DNA of 64,000 bases from an uncultured SAR86 cluster bacterium (GTDB lineage Bacteria > Pseudomonadota > Gammaproteobacteria > Magnimaribacterales > D2472). The notes below the pieces were generated by a model, which had not been told where the DNA came from, made no database searches, and was given only the letters and a program-made list of their open reading frames with translations. Every line of letters begins with the position of its first letter. The stretch's first letter is position 1. The translations under genes were made by a program, and so were the position numbers. Positions 42,788-52,804 of this stretch are shown piece after piece. Location of the stretch: NCBI GenBank assembly GCA_902559885.1, contig CACEJU010000003.1, forward strand, positions 33,542 to 97,541, written 5' to 3'.

Positions 42788-43573
42788 CTATTGTGTCACT
42801 GTAGACCATTGATTTGTCTCAATTTTGTAGTCATTTATTGGTGATGAAATGATAAAGAAAAAAGTAGATTCAAAGCTATAACTAACACCATTCTCACATA
42901 GTATTTTAGCCTCTAATAGCATTTCCTCATTGTTAAGATAGGCAGAAGATAAATCAAAACCGGGAATAAGCGAATGACTGGAATCTAATAATATTTTATC
43001 AAGATCTGATGATTTTTTTGAAGCAATAGGTATCTCAGGCCCATTATTTATATAGACTTCAATTTCAGATTCCAGTATTGAACATTCCAAAGAACCTAAA
43101 GAAGACAAATCAACCATTAAAGCTACTTCTTTAGAAATTGGAAATTTTAAATCTCTTAACATTGTATAAAAATTGTAAAAGACTAACTTTTCTTCATTGG
43201 TTTGAAAAAAAGGTTCTGAAAAAGCAATAAGTGATTCAGCTGACTTAATTTTTTTATCAGAAATTGATTTATTTAAATATTTTACAAGCCAAATTTTTTG
43301 ATCCTCCAGAGGAACCAAAAGATCAAATTCTGAAAATAAATCGTCTTCTATTTCATTATTATTTAATATCTTTTGTATTATTTTGTTATTTAAGGAGCTA
43401 ATTTGATAATTTCCAATAAAAGAAAATGAGCTGAAATAAGCTAGAAGAACTATAGAAGTAATAAAAACTGTTACGCCTATAACCACTCCTTTTAAATTAG
43501 TTACTTGCTTAAAAAGAAAAGCAATAATCGGCAATAGAAACAAAATAGTAATTGCTATATATGGCAATATCAT
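42788..43573 (-). CDS. putative cytochrome c biogenesis accessory protein (CcmI-like position, atypical)
   Basis: Start taken at MILPYIAIT, where its ATG overlaps the ccmH TGA (ATGA). Two N-terminal TM helices as in CcmI, but I cannot recognise TPR repeats in the soluble part. Confidence 0.4.
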   Translation of the reverse strand: MILPYIAITILFLLPIIAFLFKQVTNLKGVVIGVTVFITSIVLLAYFSSFSFIGNYQISSLNNKIIQKILNNNEIEDDLFSEFDLLVPLEDQKIWLVKYLNKSISDKKIKSAESLIAFSEPFFQTNEEKLVFYNFYTMLRDLKFPISKEVALMVDLSSLGSLECSILESEIEVYINNGPEIPIASKKSSDLDKILLDSSHSLIPGFDLSSAYLNNEEMLLEAKILCENGVSYSFESTFFFIISSPINDYKIETNQWSTVTQ

Positions 43574-43938
43574 CTTTTTGATCTCATTATAAAAACTATA
43601 CTTGCTATCAATAAAAATATAAAAGGCGCAAACCATAATATATAGGTTTCGTTACTTAGCCCAGGATCATACAGAGATTGATTTCCATATCTTTGAGATA
43701 CAAATGTTTTAATTTCTTCATCTGATTTTTTTTCATTGATAAGCTCAGCTATTTTAAATTTTAAATCTTCGCTGACTGGAGCATTTGAACTTGCTAAAGA
43801 ACCGCTTGTACACTTAGGACATCGTATTTCTTTGATGAGGTTGTTAAATCTCTCCTCATCTTCATAGGTTGTTAACCCGTAATATGAAGAAGCAAATAAT
43901 AAAATTGGAAATAAATATATTAGTAAAAATTTTTTCAT
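43570..43938 (-). CDS. ccmH: cytochrome c-type biogenesis protein CcmH
   Basis: 122 aa. Signal peptide, IRCPKC redox motif, and a C-terminal TM helix. Confidence 0.8.
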   Translation of the reverse strand: MKKFLLIYLFPILLFASSYYGLTTYEDEERFNNLIKEIRCPKCTSGSLASSNAPVSEDLKFKIAELINEKKSDEEIKTFVSQRYGNQSLYDPGLSNETYILWFAPFIFLLIASIVFIMRSKR

Positions 43939-44465
43939 AAATTTTTAATGTTGTTCTTATTGATAATGGGCAAGAAAGTTTCTGTCCACACTCTTTCATT
44001 AACCTCGCCAGAGTAGTGAGCTATAATTTTTCCATTATGAATTAAAAATGTCTCAGGAGCGCCAGTAACACCTAAATCAAGTGCTAAAGAACCTTTTGGA
44101 TCATATAAAACCTCAGAATAAGGATCTCCATATTTATTAAGCCAATTTTGCGCATTAAACCTTTCATCTTTATAGTTTAGACCAATAATTTTTATATCTT
44201 TTCCTTTCAAATTCATTAAAAAAGGATGTTCCACTAAACATGTTATGCACCAACTTGCCCAGACATTTAATAAGCCAGTAGAAGGCAGATCTTGCTCATT
44301 AAGAAAAATTTTTTCATCATCTAAAGTCTCAAGATAAAAGCTTGGGAAAGCAAATTCGTCTGTTTGGAAGCCAGGATATATTTTTTCTTCAGATAAATAA
44401 AAATAAAAAAATATAAAAAATGTAGCTGGTACTAGAATAATAAATAATTTAAAAATATTTTTCAC
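43935..44465 (-). CDS. ccmG: thiol:disulfide oxidoreductase CcmG/DsbE
   Basis: 176 aa. TM anchor, WASWCITC, and the GVTGAPETFLI motif. Confidence 0.85.
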   Translation of the reverse strand: MKNIFKLFIILVPATFFIFFYFYLSEEKIYPGFQTDEFAFPSFYLETLDDEKIFLNEQDLPSTGLLNVWASWCITCLVEHPFLMNLKGKDIKIIGLNYKDERFNAQNWLNKYGDPYSEVLYDPKGSLALDLGVTGAPETFLIHNGKIIAHYSGEVNERVWTETFLPIINKNNIKNL

Positions 44466-46336
44466 GATTGCCTCCTGGTATTACTAATAATAAATAAAGA
44501 GGCAAGCGCCATCATAATCATTGATGCCCATATGTATCTAATAAAATAATTTAATTGTATATTTACTATCCATGATCCATCGTCTAATTGATCGCCTAAT
44601 GTGACATATATATCTTTTATTGGGGTTACTTTTATATCTGTTTCAGTTGTAATTTGTCCTCTAACAAAATATCTTCTTTTTTCTGGCTCAAGTATATATT
44701 GATTAGCGCCATCATTTACTTTTAAAAATCCCTTAATAGAATCATAATTAGAGCCATTAAGAACTTTGATTTGTTCCAATGTTATATTAATACCTTTATA
44801 TGTTTTAGTTTCATTGATATTTAAGTTTAAGACTCTTTCAGAACTTAAAAGCGAGTTTAAAGATATTGCAACAATTAAAACACCCAATCCAAAATGAGCA
44901 CAAAAACTGGCTATATTGATGTATTTACTCATAAATAATACAAATAAATATCTAATGATGATTAAATAGCCAACAAATAAACTAATAAGCAATAAAATAT
45001 TTTTAATCTCAAACTCTTGATATAGATAAAGTGTTATGACAAATGCAAAAATTATTGAAAAGCTAAGTGGATGAAGAAGTTTAATTTTACTAAGAGAGCC
45101 ATTCCAATTTATTTCTATTGAAAAAACAAGAAACACTGCTGCAATAATAGTGATCGGTATATATATTGAATTATAAAAAGGCGCACCGACACTTATCTTT
45201 TCATTATATAAATACTCAAAAATCAGAGGGTAAAGTACCCCTAACATAGTCGAAAAAATTAAAGTGATAAATAAAATATTATTTATTGAGATAAATGATT
45301 GTTTTGATATGAGAGTAGATTTTTTTGATGATAGTTTTTCATATTTATTTGCATAAATAAATAATGAAGACAGAACAATAATTGAACAAAATGCTAAAAG
45401 ATATAATCCTCTTTCTGGATCATTAGCAAATGAGTGAACGCTGTCAATGATTCCAGACCTAACTATAAATGCTCCAAATAAGCTTAAAGAAAAAACTAGT
45501 AATGCCAAAAGTATTGTCCAAGATCTATGAGCTCTTGTGTCAGCTGAAACTTTTAATGAGTGGATAAATGCAGTTGCTGCTAACCAAGGCATTAATGCAA
45601 CATTCTCAACTGGATCCCAGAACCAATAGCCTCCCCAACCTAATTCATAGTATGCCCACCAACTTCCTAAAGCAATTCCTATAGTTAAAAAAGACCAAGC
45701 AATAACCGACCAAGATCTTATAGCTCTTTCCCAACTATATGAATATTCTTCATGTATTAAAAAAGAAATGGAATATGCAAAAGGTATGACAAAACCAACA
45801 TATCCTAAATATAGTGTTGGTGGATGCATTGCTAATGCTGGGTCTTGTAAAACTGGGTTTATATCTGCACCATTTTCAGGTGCTAATGGAAGGATTTGAG
45901 TAAAAGGACTAGAGGTTAATAATAGAAAAACCATAAACCCAAAAAGTATTAAACTAATTATGCCGATTGAAGTCATCTTAATTTGATCATTAGATGGTTT
46001 ATGCAAATTAAAGAAGTATCCCCAAATTGCTAAGAATAAAATCCAAACAAACATAGAGCCTTCATGTGCACTCCAAATAGATGAAATTTTATAAAACACA
46101 GGTAAATTACTATTTGAATGATTGGCAATATACTCTACGCTAAAATCATCTGAAATGGCTAAGTAAACGTATATACCAAAAGATATAAATAATAAATAAC
46201 AACTATTTGAGAAAATATTTTTTATTAAGCTTTTAGATGCATCTGCTTGCTTAATAAATAGAAAGCTCAGACATGCACAAAGCAGGAAGGATGCTCCTGA
46301 AAGGATGCTCATATAGTGTGAAAGATTAATTAACAT
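44462..46336 (-). CDS. ccmF: cytochrome c heme lyase subunit CcmF
   Basis: 624 aa, polytopic. WGGYWFWDPVEN (WWD) motif. Confidence 0.9.
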   Translation of the reverse strand: MLINLSHYMSILSGASFLLCACLSFLFIKQADASKSLIKNIFSNSCYLLFISFGIYVYLAISDDFSVEYIANHSNSNLPVFYKISSIWSAHEGSMFVWILFLAIWGYFFNLHKPSNDQIKMTSIGIISLILFGFMVFLLLTSSPFTQILPLAPENGADINPVLQDPALAMHPPTLYLGYVGFVIPFAYSISFLIHEEYSYSWERAIRSWSVIAWSFLTIGIALGSWWAYYELGWGGYWFWDPVENVALMPWLAATAFIHSLKVSADTRAHRSWTILLALLVFSLSLFGAFIVRSGIIDSVHSFANDPERGLYLLAFCSIIVLSSLFIYANKYEKLSSKKSTLISKQSFISINNILFITLIFSTMLGVLYPLIFEYLYNEKISVGAPFYNSIYIPITIIAAVFLVFSIEINWNGSLSKIKLLHPLSFSIIFAFVITLYLYQEFEIKNILLLISLFVGYLIIIRYLFVLFMSKYINIASFCAHFGLGVLIVAISLNSLLSSERVLNLNINETKTYKGINITLEQIKVLNGSNYDSIKGFLKVNDGANQYILEPEKRRYFVRGQITTETDIKVTPIKDIYVTLGDQLDDGSWIVNIQLNYFIRYIWASMIMMALASLFIISNTRRQS

Positions 46337-46337
46337 A

Positions 46338-46733
46338 CTAATCTAGTTGAGGTGGCATATAGTTTTCATCATGTTTTGCAAGAACTTGATCTGCAACCAA
46401 AATATTCTTTTCAACATAGCCAAGTGCAACAACACCGCTACCCTCTTTAAATAAATCAGGAACGATTCCAGCATAATACACATCAACCGTTTCTTTATAA
46501 TCAGTGACAGTAAAAATTATTCCATCTTTATTTCTTTTAACAGAGCCATCAAGAACCATTCCTCCTAGTTTAACCCTTCTATTCTCTGAGAAATTTGCGC
46601 TTTTAAAATCTGAGGCTGTGTAAAAATAATCAAGTTTATTGTTAAGTGAATAAAGAATTAAAAATATTCCTAAACTTGCACCAAGCAAAATTAATAAAAC
46701 TTTTTTTAATCTCTTTCTTCTAATTAATTTCAT
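46338..46733 (-). CDS. ccmE: heme chaperone CcmE
   Basis: Start taken at MKLIRRKRL. TM anchor, OB fold, and the heme-binding LAKHDENYMPP motif. Confidence 0.85.
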   Translation of the reverse strand: MKLIRRKRLKKVLLILLGASLGIFLILYSLNNKLDYFYTASDFKSANFSENRRVKLGGMVLDGSVKRNKDGIIFTVTDYKETVDVYYAGIVPDLFKEGSGVVALGYVEKNILVADQVLAKHDENYMPPQLD

Positions 46734-46887
46734 TATTTTCTTTTTTAAAATTATTAATTTTAATTTTATAAAACAGGAATAGCCCAATTATCACCATTAA
46801 AAAAATAATAAGTACAACCCATACATAAATCCCATGACCATTCATGTAGAAAAGACTTCTAAGTGATTCAAATTGCACGTTCATCAT
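46720..46887 (-). CDS. ccmD: heme exporter protein CcmD
   Basis: About 55 aa, single TM. Its ATG at 46887 overlaps the ccmC TGA (ATGA). GIYVWVV motif. Confidence 0.7.
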   Translation of the reverse strand: MMNVQFESLRSLFYMNGHGIYVWVVLIIFLMVIIGLFLFYKIKINNFKKENNEIN

Positions 46888-47612
46888 ATTGATTGAATCC
46901 ATTTCTTATTTTTTTCTCTGAGTAAAATTTCATATTGAATTGCTCTAAGTACAATAGCAATAATTAAACCTAAAAATGAAAATATACATATCATTAAAGG
47001 ATAAAGCATAGCCAAGTCTATAGATGGTTTTGATGATAAAGTTATAGATGCAGGCTGATGAAGTGTGCTCCACCAATTTACAGACATTTTGATAATTGGA
47101 ATATTTATAAAACCAACTAAAGCTAACACCGATATAAACTTATCTGCTTTATCTAAATTATTAAATGAATTATGAAGAGAAATTAAGCCTAGATACATAA
47201 TAAATAATATCAATGTTGAGGTTATCCTTGCATCCCATTGCCACCATGTACCCCAGGTTGGTATTCCCCATATAGAACCAGAAATTAAGGCTAAAAAAGT
47301 AACACTGGCCCCAATTAGTGACACAGATTTAACAACATATGCTGCTAACTTTACTTTCCATATTAAAAAAATAAAACTTGCTACAGCGATCATCATATAT
47401 AAGCTTTGAGCAGCAAAAGATGCAGGTACATGCATGTATATAATCCTGTAGGAATTCCCTTGTACTTTATCAACTGGCGCATAAAGAATCCCCCAAATTA
47501 AACCAATTATTAAAGACGTAATTGATAGCCAGAAAAGATAAGGGAAAATTTTTTGCGAAACAAAATAAAATGTTTTTGGGGAAGCAAATTGATGAAAAAA
47601 TTTTTTAAACAC
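46884..47612 (-). CDS. ccmC: heme exporter protein CcmC
   Basis: 242 aa. WGTWWQWDARIT (WWD) motif. Confidence 0.9.
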   Translation of the reverse strand: MFKKFFHQFASPKTFYFVSQKIFPYLFWLSITSLIIGLIWGILYAPVDKVQGNSYRIIYMHVPASFAAQSLYMMIAVASFIFLIWKVKLAAYVVKSVSLIGASVTFLALISGSIWGIPTWGTWWQWDARITSTLILFIMYLGLISLHNSFNNLDKADKFISVLALVGFINIPIIKMSVNWWSTLHQPASITLSSKPSIDLAMLYPLMICIFSFLGLIIAIVLRAIQYEILLREKNKKWIQSI

Positions 47613-47617
47613 TTTGT

Positions 47618-48268
47618 CTAATCTAAATGAGCTTTTAAAATAAAAGATATTAAAAAAGGAATTATAGTTATTATAATTGAAAGCACGCCTAATAATAAAA
47701 TAATGTAACTATAAAAATTAAGAGCATATTCTAATGCTGTTATGAATTTACCAAGAGTAATTAAAATTGGTAATACAAGAGGAAGACATACTAAAGAGCT
47801 TAAAAGAGAGCCTTTATTTAAGCTCAATGAATTACCAAAACTAAATACAGCAAAATAGATATAATTAACTACAAGAGAAATTACGCCTATTAAGAGAGAG
47901 CTTTCAAAATTACTAGTAAAAGCTATTGCGAAAATAAAGCTTAAAATTCCAATTGGAACTCCAATCAACAACCAATAAACAAAAATCTTTATGAAAACTA
48001 TTAGTGGCAGCGAAATATTATTAACAATGTATTGATCCATAGTACCGTCTAAATAATCTTCTAGAAAAATATCTTCTGTAGAAAACATAATGGTCATTAA
48101 GGATCCTAACCAAAGAATAGAATAAAACGACTTGGCTAATTCACTTGTAGAATATTCAACAGTTAATGGATAGGCAATAATTATAAGAGTAAATATTAAT
48201 ACAGGCCCTAACCATGATCTTATTTTTTTAAAAAGCTTAAATAGCTCGATATGCAATAATCCTTTCAT
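47618..48268 (-). CDS. ccmB: heme exporter permease CcmB
   Basis: 216 aa, six TM. Lies between ccmA and ccmC. Confidence 0.8.
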   Translation of the reverse strand: MKGLLHIELFKLFKKIRSWLGPVLIFTLIIIAYPLTVEYSTSELAKSFYSILWLGSLMTIMFSTEDIFLEDYLDGTMDQYIVNNISLPLIVFIKIFVYWLLIGVPIGILSFIFAIAFTSNFESSLLIGVISLVVNYIYFAVFSFGNSLSLNKGSLLSSLVCLPLVLPILITLGKFITALEYALNFYSYIILLLGVLSIIITIIPFLISFILKAHLD

Positions 48269-48852
48269 TACAAATACACCTCAATTGAATCTAAGTTCAT
48301 ATCAATATGTGATGAATAGACTATTGTTTTACCCTTGGCTAATTCTTTTTTTAAAAATTCTATTAAATAGATTTGCGTTTTTGCATCTAAGCCAACGCAA
48401 GGCTCATCAAGAATAATAAGATCTGAATTATTATTAAATACTTTTAAGAGACTAGCTTTTTTTCTCTGACCAAAAGACAAACTACCTATTTTTAACTCTA
48501 ATTTATTTTTTAAGTTTAATGATTCAAGAAATATATTGGTATCTTTAATATCAAAAGAGCCATCCATCAGAATATTCTCTTTTAAAGTTAAATAATCCTT
48601 GAGTGCGTTGCTATGTCCAACCATAACCTTACTAATTTCCTCATCAATAATGACTTCCCCATTTGAAGATGAGCAAATACCCGCAATTATTCTTAAAAGT
48701 GTAGTCTTGCCACTTCCATTGGAGCCTTTTATATGAATTGATTCGCCTTTTTTTGCCTCAAAATTAATATTCTTAAATAACTTAGTATTATTTATAGAAT
48801 AGCCTATATTGTGAGCTGCTAATACATAATCATTTGTCATGTTTCTATTCAA
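48268..48852 (-). CDS. ccmA: heme export ABC ATPase CcmA
   Basis: 194 aa. Walker A GSNGSGKTTLLR, signature-like SFGQRK, and Walker B LIILDEP. The start could instead be the internal Met at 48840. Confidence 0.85.
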   Translation of the reverse strand: MNRNMTNDYVLAAHNIGYSINNTKLFKNINFEAKKGESIHIKGSNGSGKTTLLRIIAGICSSSNGEVIIDEEISKVMVGHSNALKDYLTLKENILMDGSFDIKDTNIFLESLNLKNKLELKIGSLSFGQRKKASLLKVFNNNSDLIILDEPCVGLDAKTQIYLIEFLKKELAKGKTIVYSSHIDMNLDSIEVYL

Positions 48853-49357
48853 ATTTAATATTTTTAGATCTTATTATAAGCGCTGGTAAAGGCTTTTGAG
48901 GGTCTAATCTAGAATATAGCCTTCTAGAGATCTCAGAAAAAATATTTTTTTCTATTTTACCAAAACCACCAATTGAAAAATATAAGTTTTTAGTAAAATA
49001 AATTCCTTGTTCAAAATCAGGGGTACTTCTCAATTTTGTGATAACTTTTTTAAAGTCCTGACCAATATTTTTTCTAAATTTATTAAATTTAAACCAACCC
49101 CAGCTAGGAAAAGGCATTGATGCAACCTTTTGTAATTTTAATCTGGTTTGTTTGTTTGGTATGGAGGATGGTGGCAATAAAACTACAATCTCTCCCTTAG
49201 ATTCTGCAATCTTAATATCTAGATCTTTAATGAATGAATCAATATTTTTAAAATTTAACTTTAAAAACTCTTCGTAAGAATCTGTTTTGATTGCTTTTTT
49301 ATCAGCGAGATGCTTGGATGAGCCAAGAACAATATAGGATACTAATTCTTGGCTCAA
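48845..49357 (-). CDS. hypothetical protein immediately upstream of ccmA (8-nt overlap if ccmA starts at 48852)
   Basis: 170 aa, soluble and basic. No family recognised. Weak resemblance of FSIGGFGKI to the C-terminal part of GT2-like proteins. Confidence 0.45.
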   Translation of the reverse strand: MSQELVSYIVLGSSKHLADKKAIKTDSYEEFLKLNFKNIDSFIKDLDIKIAESKGEIVVLLPPSSIPNKQTRLKLQKVASMPFPSWGWFKFNKFRKNIGQDFKKVITKLRSTPDFEQGIYFTKNLYFSIGGFGKIEKNIFSEISRRLYSRLDPQKPLPALIIRSKNIKFE

Positions 49358-49362
49358 AACAT

Positions 49363-50655
49363 TTATATACTAGCTAAGGCTTGGTCAATGTCAGCGATGA
49401 TATCATCAACATGCTCAATACCAATTGATAATCTAACAAAGCCAGGTGTAACTCCTGTAGATAGCTGCTCTTCAGGCGTTAACTGACTATGAGTAGTACT
49501 TGCAGGGTGAATTGCCAAAGATCTAGAATCTCCTATATTAGCTACATGATATAACAATTCTAGTGAATTGATGAACTTTTTACCGGCCTCTAGTCCATCT
49601 TTAAGCTCAAATCCCATTAAGGCACCAAAACCATTTGATAAATATTTATCTGCTCTCTCTTTAGCTAAATCAGTTGCTTTAGATGGATATATAACTTTTT
49701 CTACTTTAGGATGATTTTCTAGAAAATCAGCAACCTTAGACGCATTTTCTGAATGCTGTTTGATTCTTAAAGCAAGAGTCTCTAACCCCTGAATAAACAT
49801 AAAAGCATTAAAAGGGCTCATTGCTGCACCCATATCTCTTAATAAAGTCGTTCTGGCTTTAAGAATATATGCAATTGGGCCTAACGGCTTAACAGCCTCA
49901 GTCCAAATGGCTCCATGATAAGATGGATCAGGCGTATTTAAGGCTGGCTGCCTTTCTGGAAATGCTTCCCAATCAAAATTACCGCTATCAACAATAATCC
50001 CACCTATTGAAGTTCCATGCCCTCCAATAAATTTTGTTGTTGAATGAATAATTATTGCAGCACCATGATCAAAAGGCTTTGCAATTATTGGTGCTGCTGT
50101 ATTGTCAACAATCAATGGAATTCCTAAAGGCCTTCCTATCTCAGCAACTTCAGAAATAGGAAATACTTCAAAACTTGGATTTGGTAAGACCTCTCCGTAA
50201 TAAGCTCTTGTATTATCATCAGTGGCTTTTAGAAAATTCTCAGGATCAGCAGGATCAACGAATCTAACTTCAATTCCAATATCTGCAAATGAATTTTTAA
50301 ACTGATTATAGGTTCCACCATATAAATGTGATGATGCAACTATGTTATCACCTGCTTTTGCTATATTTTGAATTGCATATGCTGATGCTGCTTGACCAGA
50401 TGCAACTGCTAAAGCGCCAACTCCACCCTCAAGAGCGGCAATTCTTTCCTCAAGAACTGCACAGGTTGGGTTCATAATTCTTGAGTAAATATTACCCAGC
50501 TCAGATAATGCAAATAAATTTGATGCATGCTCAGTATCATCAAATTGATATGAGGTTGTTTGATGAATTGGGACAGCAACTGAATTAGTAGTTTCGTCTT
50601 TTCTCCATCCTACATGAAGACCAATGGTCTCTGGATTTGTATAGTTTTTAGACAT
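49363..50655 (-). CDS. metY: O-acetylhomoserine sulfhydrylase (aminocarboxypropyltransferase)
   Basis: 430 aa. PLP-lysine motif [16 protein letters not shown]. Cys/Met-metabolism PLP enzyme fold throughout. Confidence 0.9.
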   Translation of the reverse strand: MSKNYTNPETIGLHVGWRKDETTNSVAVPIHQTTSYQFDDTEHASNLFALSELGNIYSRIMNPTCAVLEERIAALEGGVGALAVASGQAASAYAIQNIAKAGDNIVASSHLYGGTYNQFKNSFADIGIEVRFVDPADPENFLKATDDNTRAYYGEVLPNPSFEVFPISEVAEIGRPLGIPLIVDNTAAPIIAKPFDHGAAIIIHSTTKFIGGHGTSIGGIIVDSGNFDWEAFPERQPALNTPDPSYHGAIWTEAVKPLGPIAYILKARTTLLRDMGAAMSPFNAFMFIQGLETLALRIKQHSENASKVADFLENHPKVEKVIYPSKATDLAKERADKYLSNGFGALMGFELKDGLEAGKKFINSLELLYHVANIGDSRSLAIHPASTTHSQLTPEEQLSTGVTPGFVRLSIGIEHVDDIIADIDQALASI

Positions 50656-50714
50656 AATTTTTCCTTAATAATAAAATTATCAGCAAAAAAAAGGGAATTG
50701 ATCAAAAGATTTCA

Positions 50715-50770
50715 TCTCTTTAGCTTATTTATTAAACGCTAGCAAGCTGATTTCAAAAAGCGTTTGAGGG
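50715..50770 (-). ncRNA. candidate SAM-II/SAM-V-like pseudoknot riboswitch in the metY leader
   Basis: Minus strand: P1 AAACGCU (50765-50759) / AGCGUUU (50740-50734). The U-rich loop contains AGCUU (50748-50744). An A-rich linker AAUAAAU precedes AAGCU (50726-50722), which pairs back into the loop to form an H-type pseudoknot. The metY context fits. The covariance-model fit has not been tested. Confidence 0.4.
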
Positions 50771-50864
50771 ATTATATTGATTTTTAGTTTTCATAACAAG
50801 TTAAAATTTAATAAAACTAGACTCTAGTCTTTAATTATTTATAATTAATCACGAGGTAAATTTT

Positions 50865-51263
50865 ATGGCAAAAAAATATAATAATTTTCGAGTTGGTGGA
50901 TCTCCAAGAGTAGAGAATGAAGACTATTCTGTATGGACAAATGATCTTCTAGAAAGAATCATCGCAAGTAAAACTGTTATTCAACCAGGAAAATCAACAG
51001 TTGGACATAAGCTCATTGATTCAGATGTGGTTTATGTTATTACTAATGGAAGAGGCACTATGGAAGTTATTGAATATGCTAATAGCCAAGATGGTCATGG
51101 TTCAGACCCATCTTTTGGTATTGAGCATGAAGACTCATATGATTTAGCCTCAGGAGATGTTATTCTTGTTCAAAGCGGCGATTACGTTAAAGTTGTAAAT
51201 AATTCTGACCATGATCAGTTAACCTACTTAAGAATTTTTGATAGAGGCGGCTGGAGAAATTAA
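50865..51263 (+). CDS. cupin-domain protein
   Basis: 132 aa. Small beta-barrel pattern (GKSTVGHKL..VVYVITNGRG..GDVILVQSGDYVKVVN). AGG Shine-Dalgarno upstream. Confidence 0.45.
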   Translation: MAKKYNNFRVGGSPRVENEDYSVWTNDLLERIIASKTVIQPGKSTVGHKLIDSDVVYVITNGRGTMEVIEYANSQDGHGSDPSFGIEHEDSYDLASGDVILVQSGDYVKVVNNSDHDQLTYLRIFDRGGWRN

Positions 51264-51276
51264 TCCAAGCCTTTAA

Positions 51277-52269
51277 TTAATTCACTGAAATAGTAGCTAT
51301 TACTGGCAAGTGATCTGATACCCCTCTTCCATTATTCATATTAAAAGATAAAGGCTTTCCTTCTTTATTGGTGTTGATATTTGTTTTCAGCACATTTATA
51401 GATTCATTTTTAAAAGTTATACCACGATTCTCTTTAATAATTATTACATCTAAAAAAGACCAATTATCATCTCTTCTGTAATAGTGACTACCAGAACAAT
51501 TTGTGCAACCAGCTATATGAGAGATATCCCAATCTTTATCTAGTGATACAAAAGTTTTATTATTATCTGCTTCAAATGAAGTTACATTAAAATCGCCTAA
51601 CGCAATGACAGCATTAGAATGAGAAGATGTTATTTTTTTTAATGTATTAAACGCATCTTTTCTCATACCAATTGGATTGTAAGGTGCTGGAAAATGAACG
51701 TTATAAAAATGAATTGGTTTACCATTAAAGTCTATAACTGCCTCTAAAATTGGTCGAGTGTCTTTTGTTGAAAACTCTGGAGAAAATATAATTTTGTGTT
51801 GCTTAGTTTTTTGGATCTTATACTTTGATAAGTATGCATTATCAATACCTCTATAGTCGTTACCCTCTATTAACACATAATCAATATAGCCCTTATCTTT
51901 TAATTTATAGAAAATATCTTTTAAAGCATTAATGTTCTCTATTTCCTGAAAAGCTATTACGTCTGGAGTTGAATCTAAGGATCTAATAGTTGCAACTATA
52001 TTATTTAATTTTTTATTTTTATTTTCGTCACTCCAATCAAGGTACAGGCATTCGTTTTTCCATTTTGAAACTCTAATCTTATTACAAGCATCTATATGGC
52101 CTTGATCTTGTTTAGCTGAAAGTGGAAGATAAGCTTTATCGTCTTTACCAGGGTCATCATAAGTATCAAAAAAATTCTCTAAGTTATATGACATTACGCT
52201 CAAGCTATTATTTGCATATGAAGATATACTCAAAAATAAAAACAAAAATATAAAAACTTTTAATTTCAT
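51277..52269 (-). CDS. secreted endonuclease/exonuclease/phosphatase (EEP) family protein
   Basis: 330 aa. Signal peptide. SYNLENFFD N-terminal motif, AFQEIEN, GDFN, and a C-terminal SDHLPV. Confidence 0.75.
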   Translation of the reverse strand: MKLKVFIFLFLFLSISSYANNSLSVMSYNLENFFDTYDDPGKDDKAYLPLSAKQDQGHIDACNKIRVSKWKNECLYLDWSDENKNKKLNNIVATIRSLDSTPDVIAFQEIENINALKDIFYKLKDKGYIDYVLIEGNDYRGIDNAYLSKYKIQKTKQHKIIFSPEFSTKDTRPILEAVIDFNGKPIHFYNVHFPAPYNPIGMRKDAFNTLKKITSSHSNAVIALGDFNVTSFEADNNKTFVSLDKDWDISHIAGCTNCSGSHYYRRDDNWSFLDVIIIKENRGITFKNESINVLKTNINTNKEGKPLSFNMNNGRGVSDHLPVIATISVN

Positions 52270-52271
52270 AA

Positions 52272-52745
52272 CTATTTTTTTATTTTAAGCCTAATATCTA
52301 AATCAATACGCATTTCAGATTTGTGTGATTCACTAAGATTGATTAAATGTTCTAAATGATCAGATTTAAAATTAGCTGTTTTTCTTACATTCATATCAAT
52401 ATGGCCAAGGATTGTCTCCCAAAAAGCAGATGGATTACCGTCTTTATCTTTTAGACAACCAATCATATGTAAAAGTTTATTATTAACAGAATAAAGAGCA
52501 TACTCTATATTAATAATATCATCTAAAAGGAATTCTTTAAGATATCTCACATTGTCTTCAAGGGTAAAAGTTGAAAATCCTGATGCAAAATGATCATCTG
52601 TAAATTTCAACTCATTCGTATAAAAAATATGTGAATTATCTTCAAATATTTGATGATAAAAACATACATTCATATGACCATTTAGGTCACACATGTCTTT
52701 AGAAACAACTACAGGATCAACTTTATAAGGTAAATTAATTTTCAT
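52272..52745 (-). CDS. hotdog-fold acyl-CoA thioesterase (4HBT/YbgC-like)
   Basis: 157 aa. DMCDLNGHMNVCFY catalytic-region pattern. Confidence 0.6.
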   Translation of the reverse strand: MKINLPYKVDPVVVSKDMCDLNGHMNVCFYHQIFEDNSHIFYTNELKFTDDHFASGFSTFTLEDNVRYLKEFLLDDIINIEYALYSVNNKLLHMIGCLKDKDGNPSAFWETILGHIDMNVRKTANFKSDHLEHLINLSESHKSEMRIDLDIRLKIKK

Positions 52746-52751
52746 TTGATA

Positions 52752-52785
52752 TAAAAAAATAAGGCTGGTTAAACCAGCCTTATTA
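52752..52785 (-). terminator. rho-independent terminator after the TonB-dependent receptor gene
   Basis: Minus strand: AUAAGGCUGGUU-uaa-ACCAGCCUUAU followed by a U run. Confidence 0.7.
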
Positions 52786-52804
52786 TAAATGGATTAAGTA
52801 CTAA

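Noticed and set aside
50656-50715. An 11-codon ORF (MKSFDQFPFFC*) and a U8 run between the putative riboswitch and metY, considered as a leader peptide or terminator.
   Set aside because: The peptide has no Met or Cys enrichment pattern that would suggest attenuation. The only hairpin before the U run is 6 AU-rich base pairs with a bulge, which is too weak to call.
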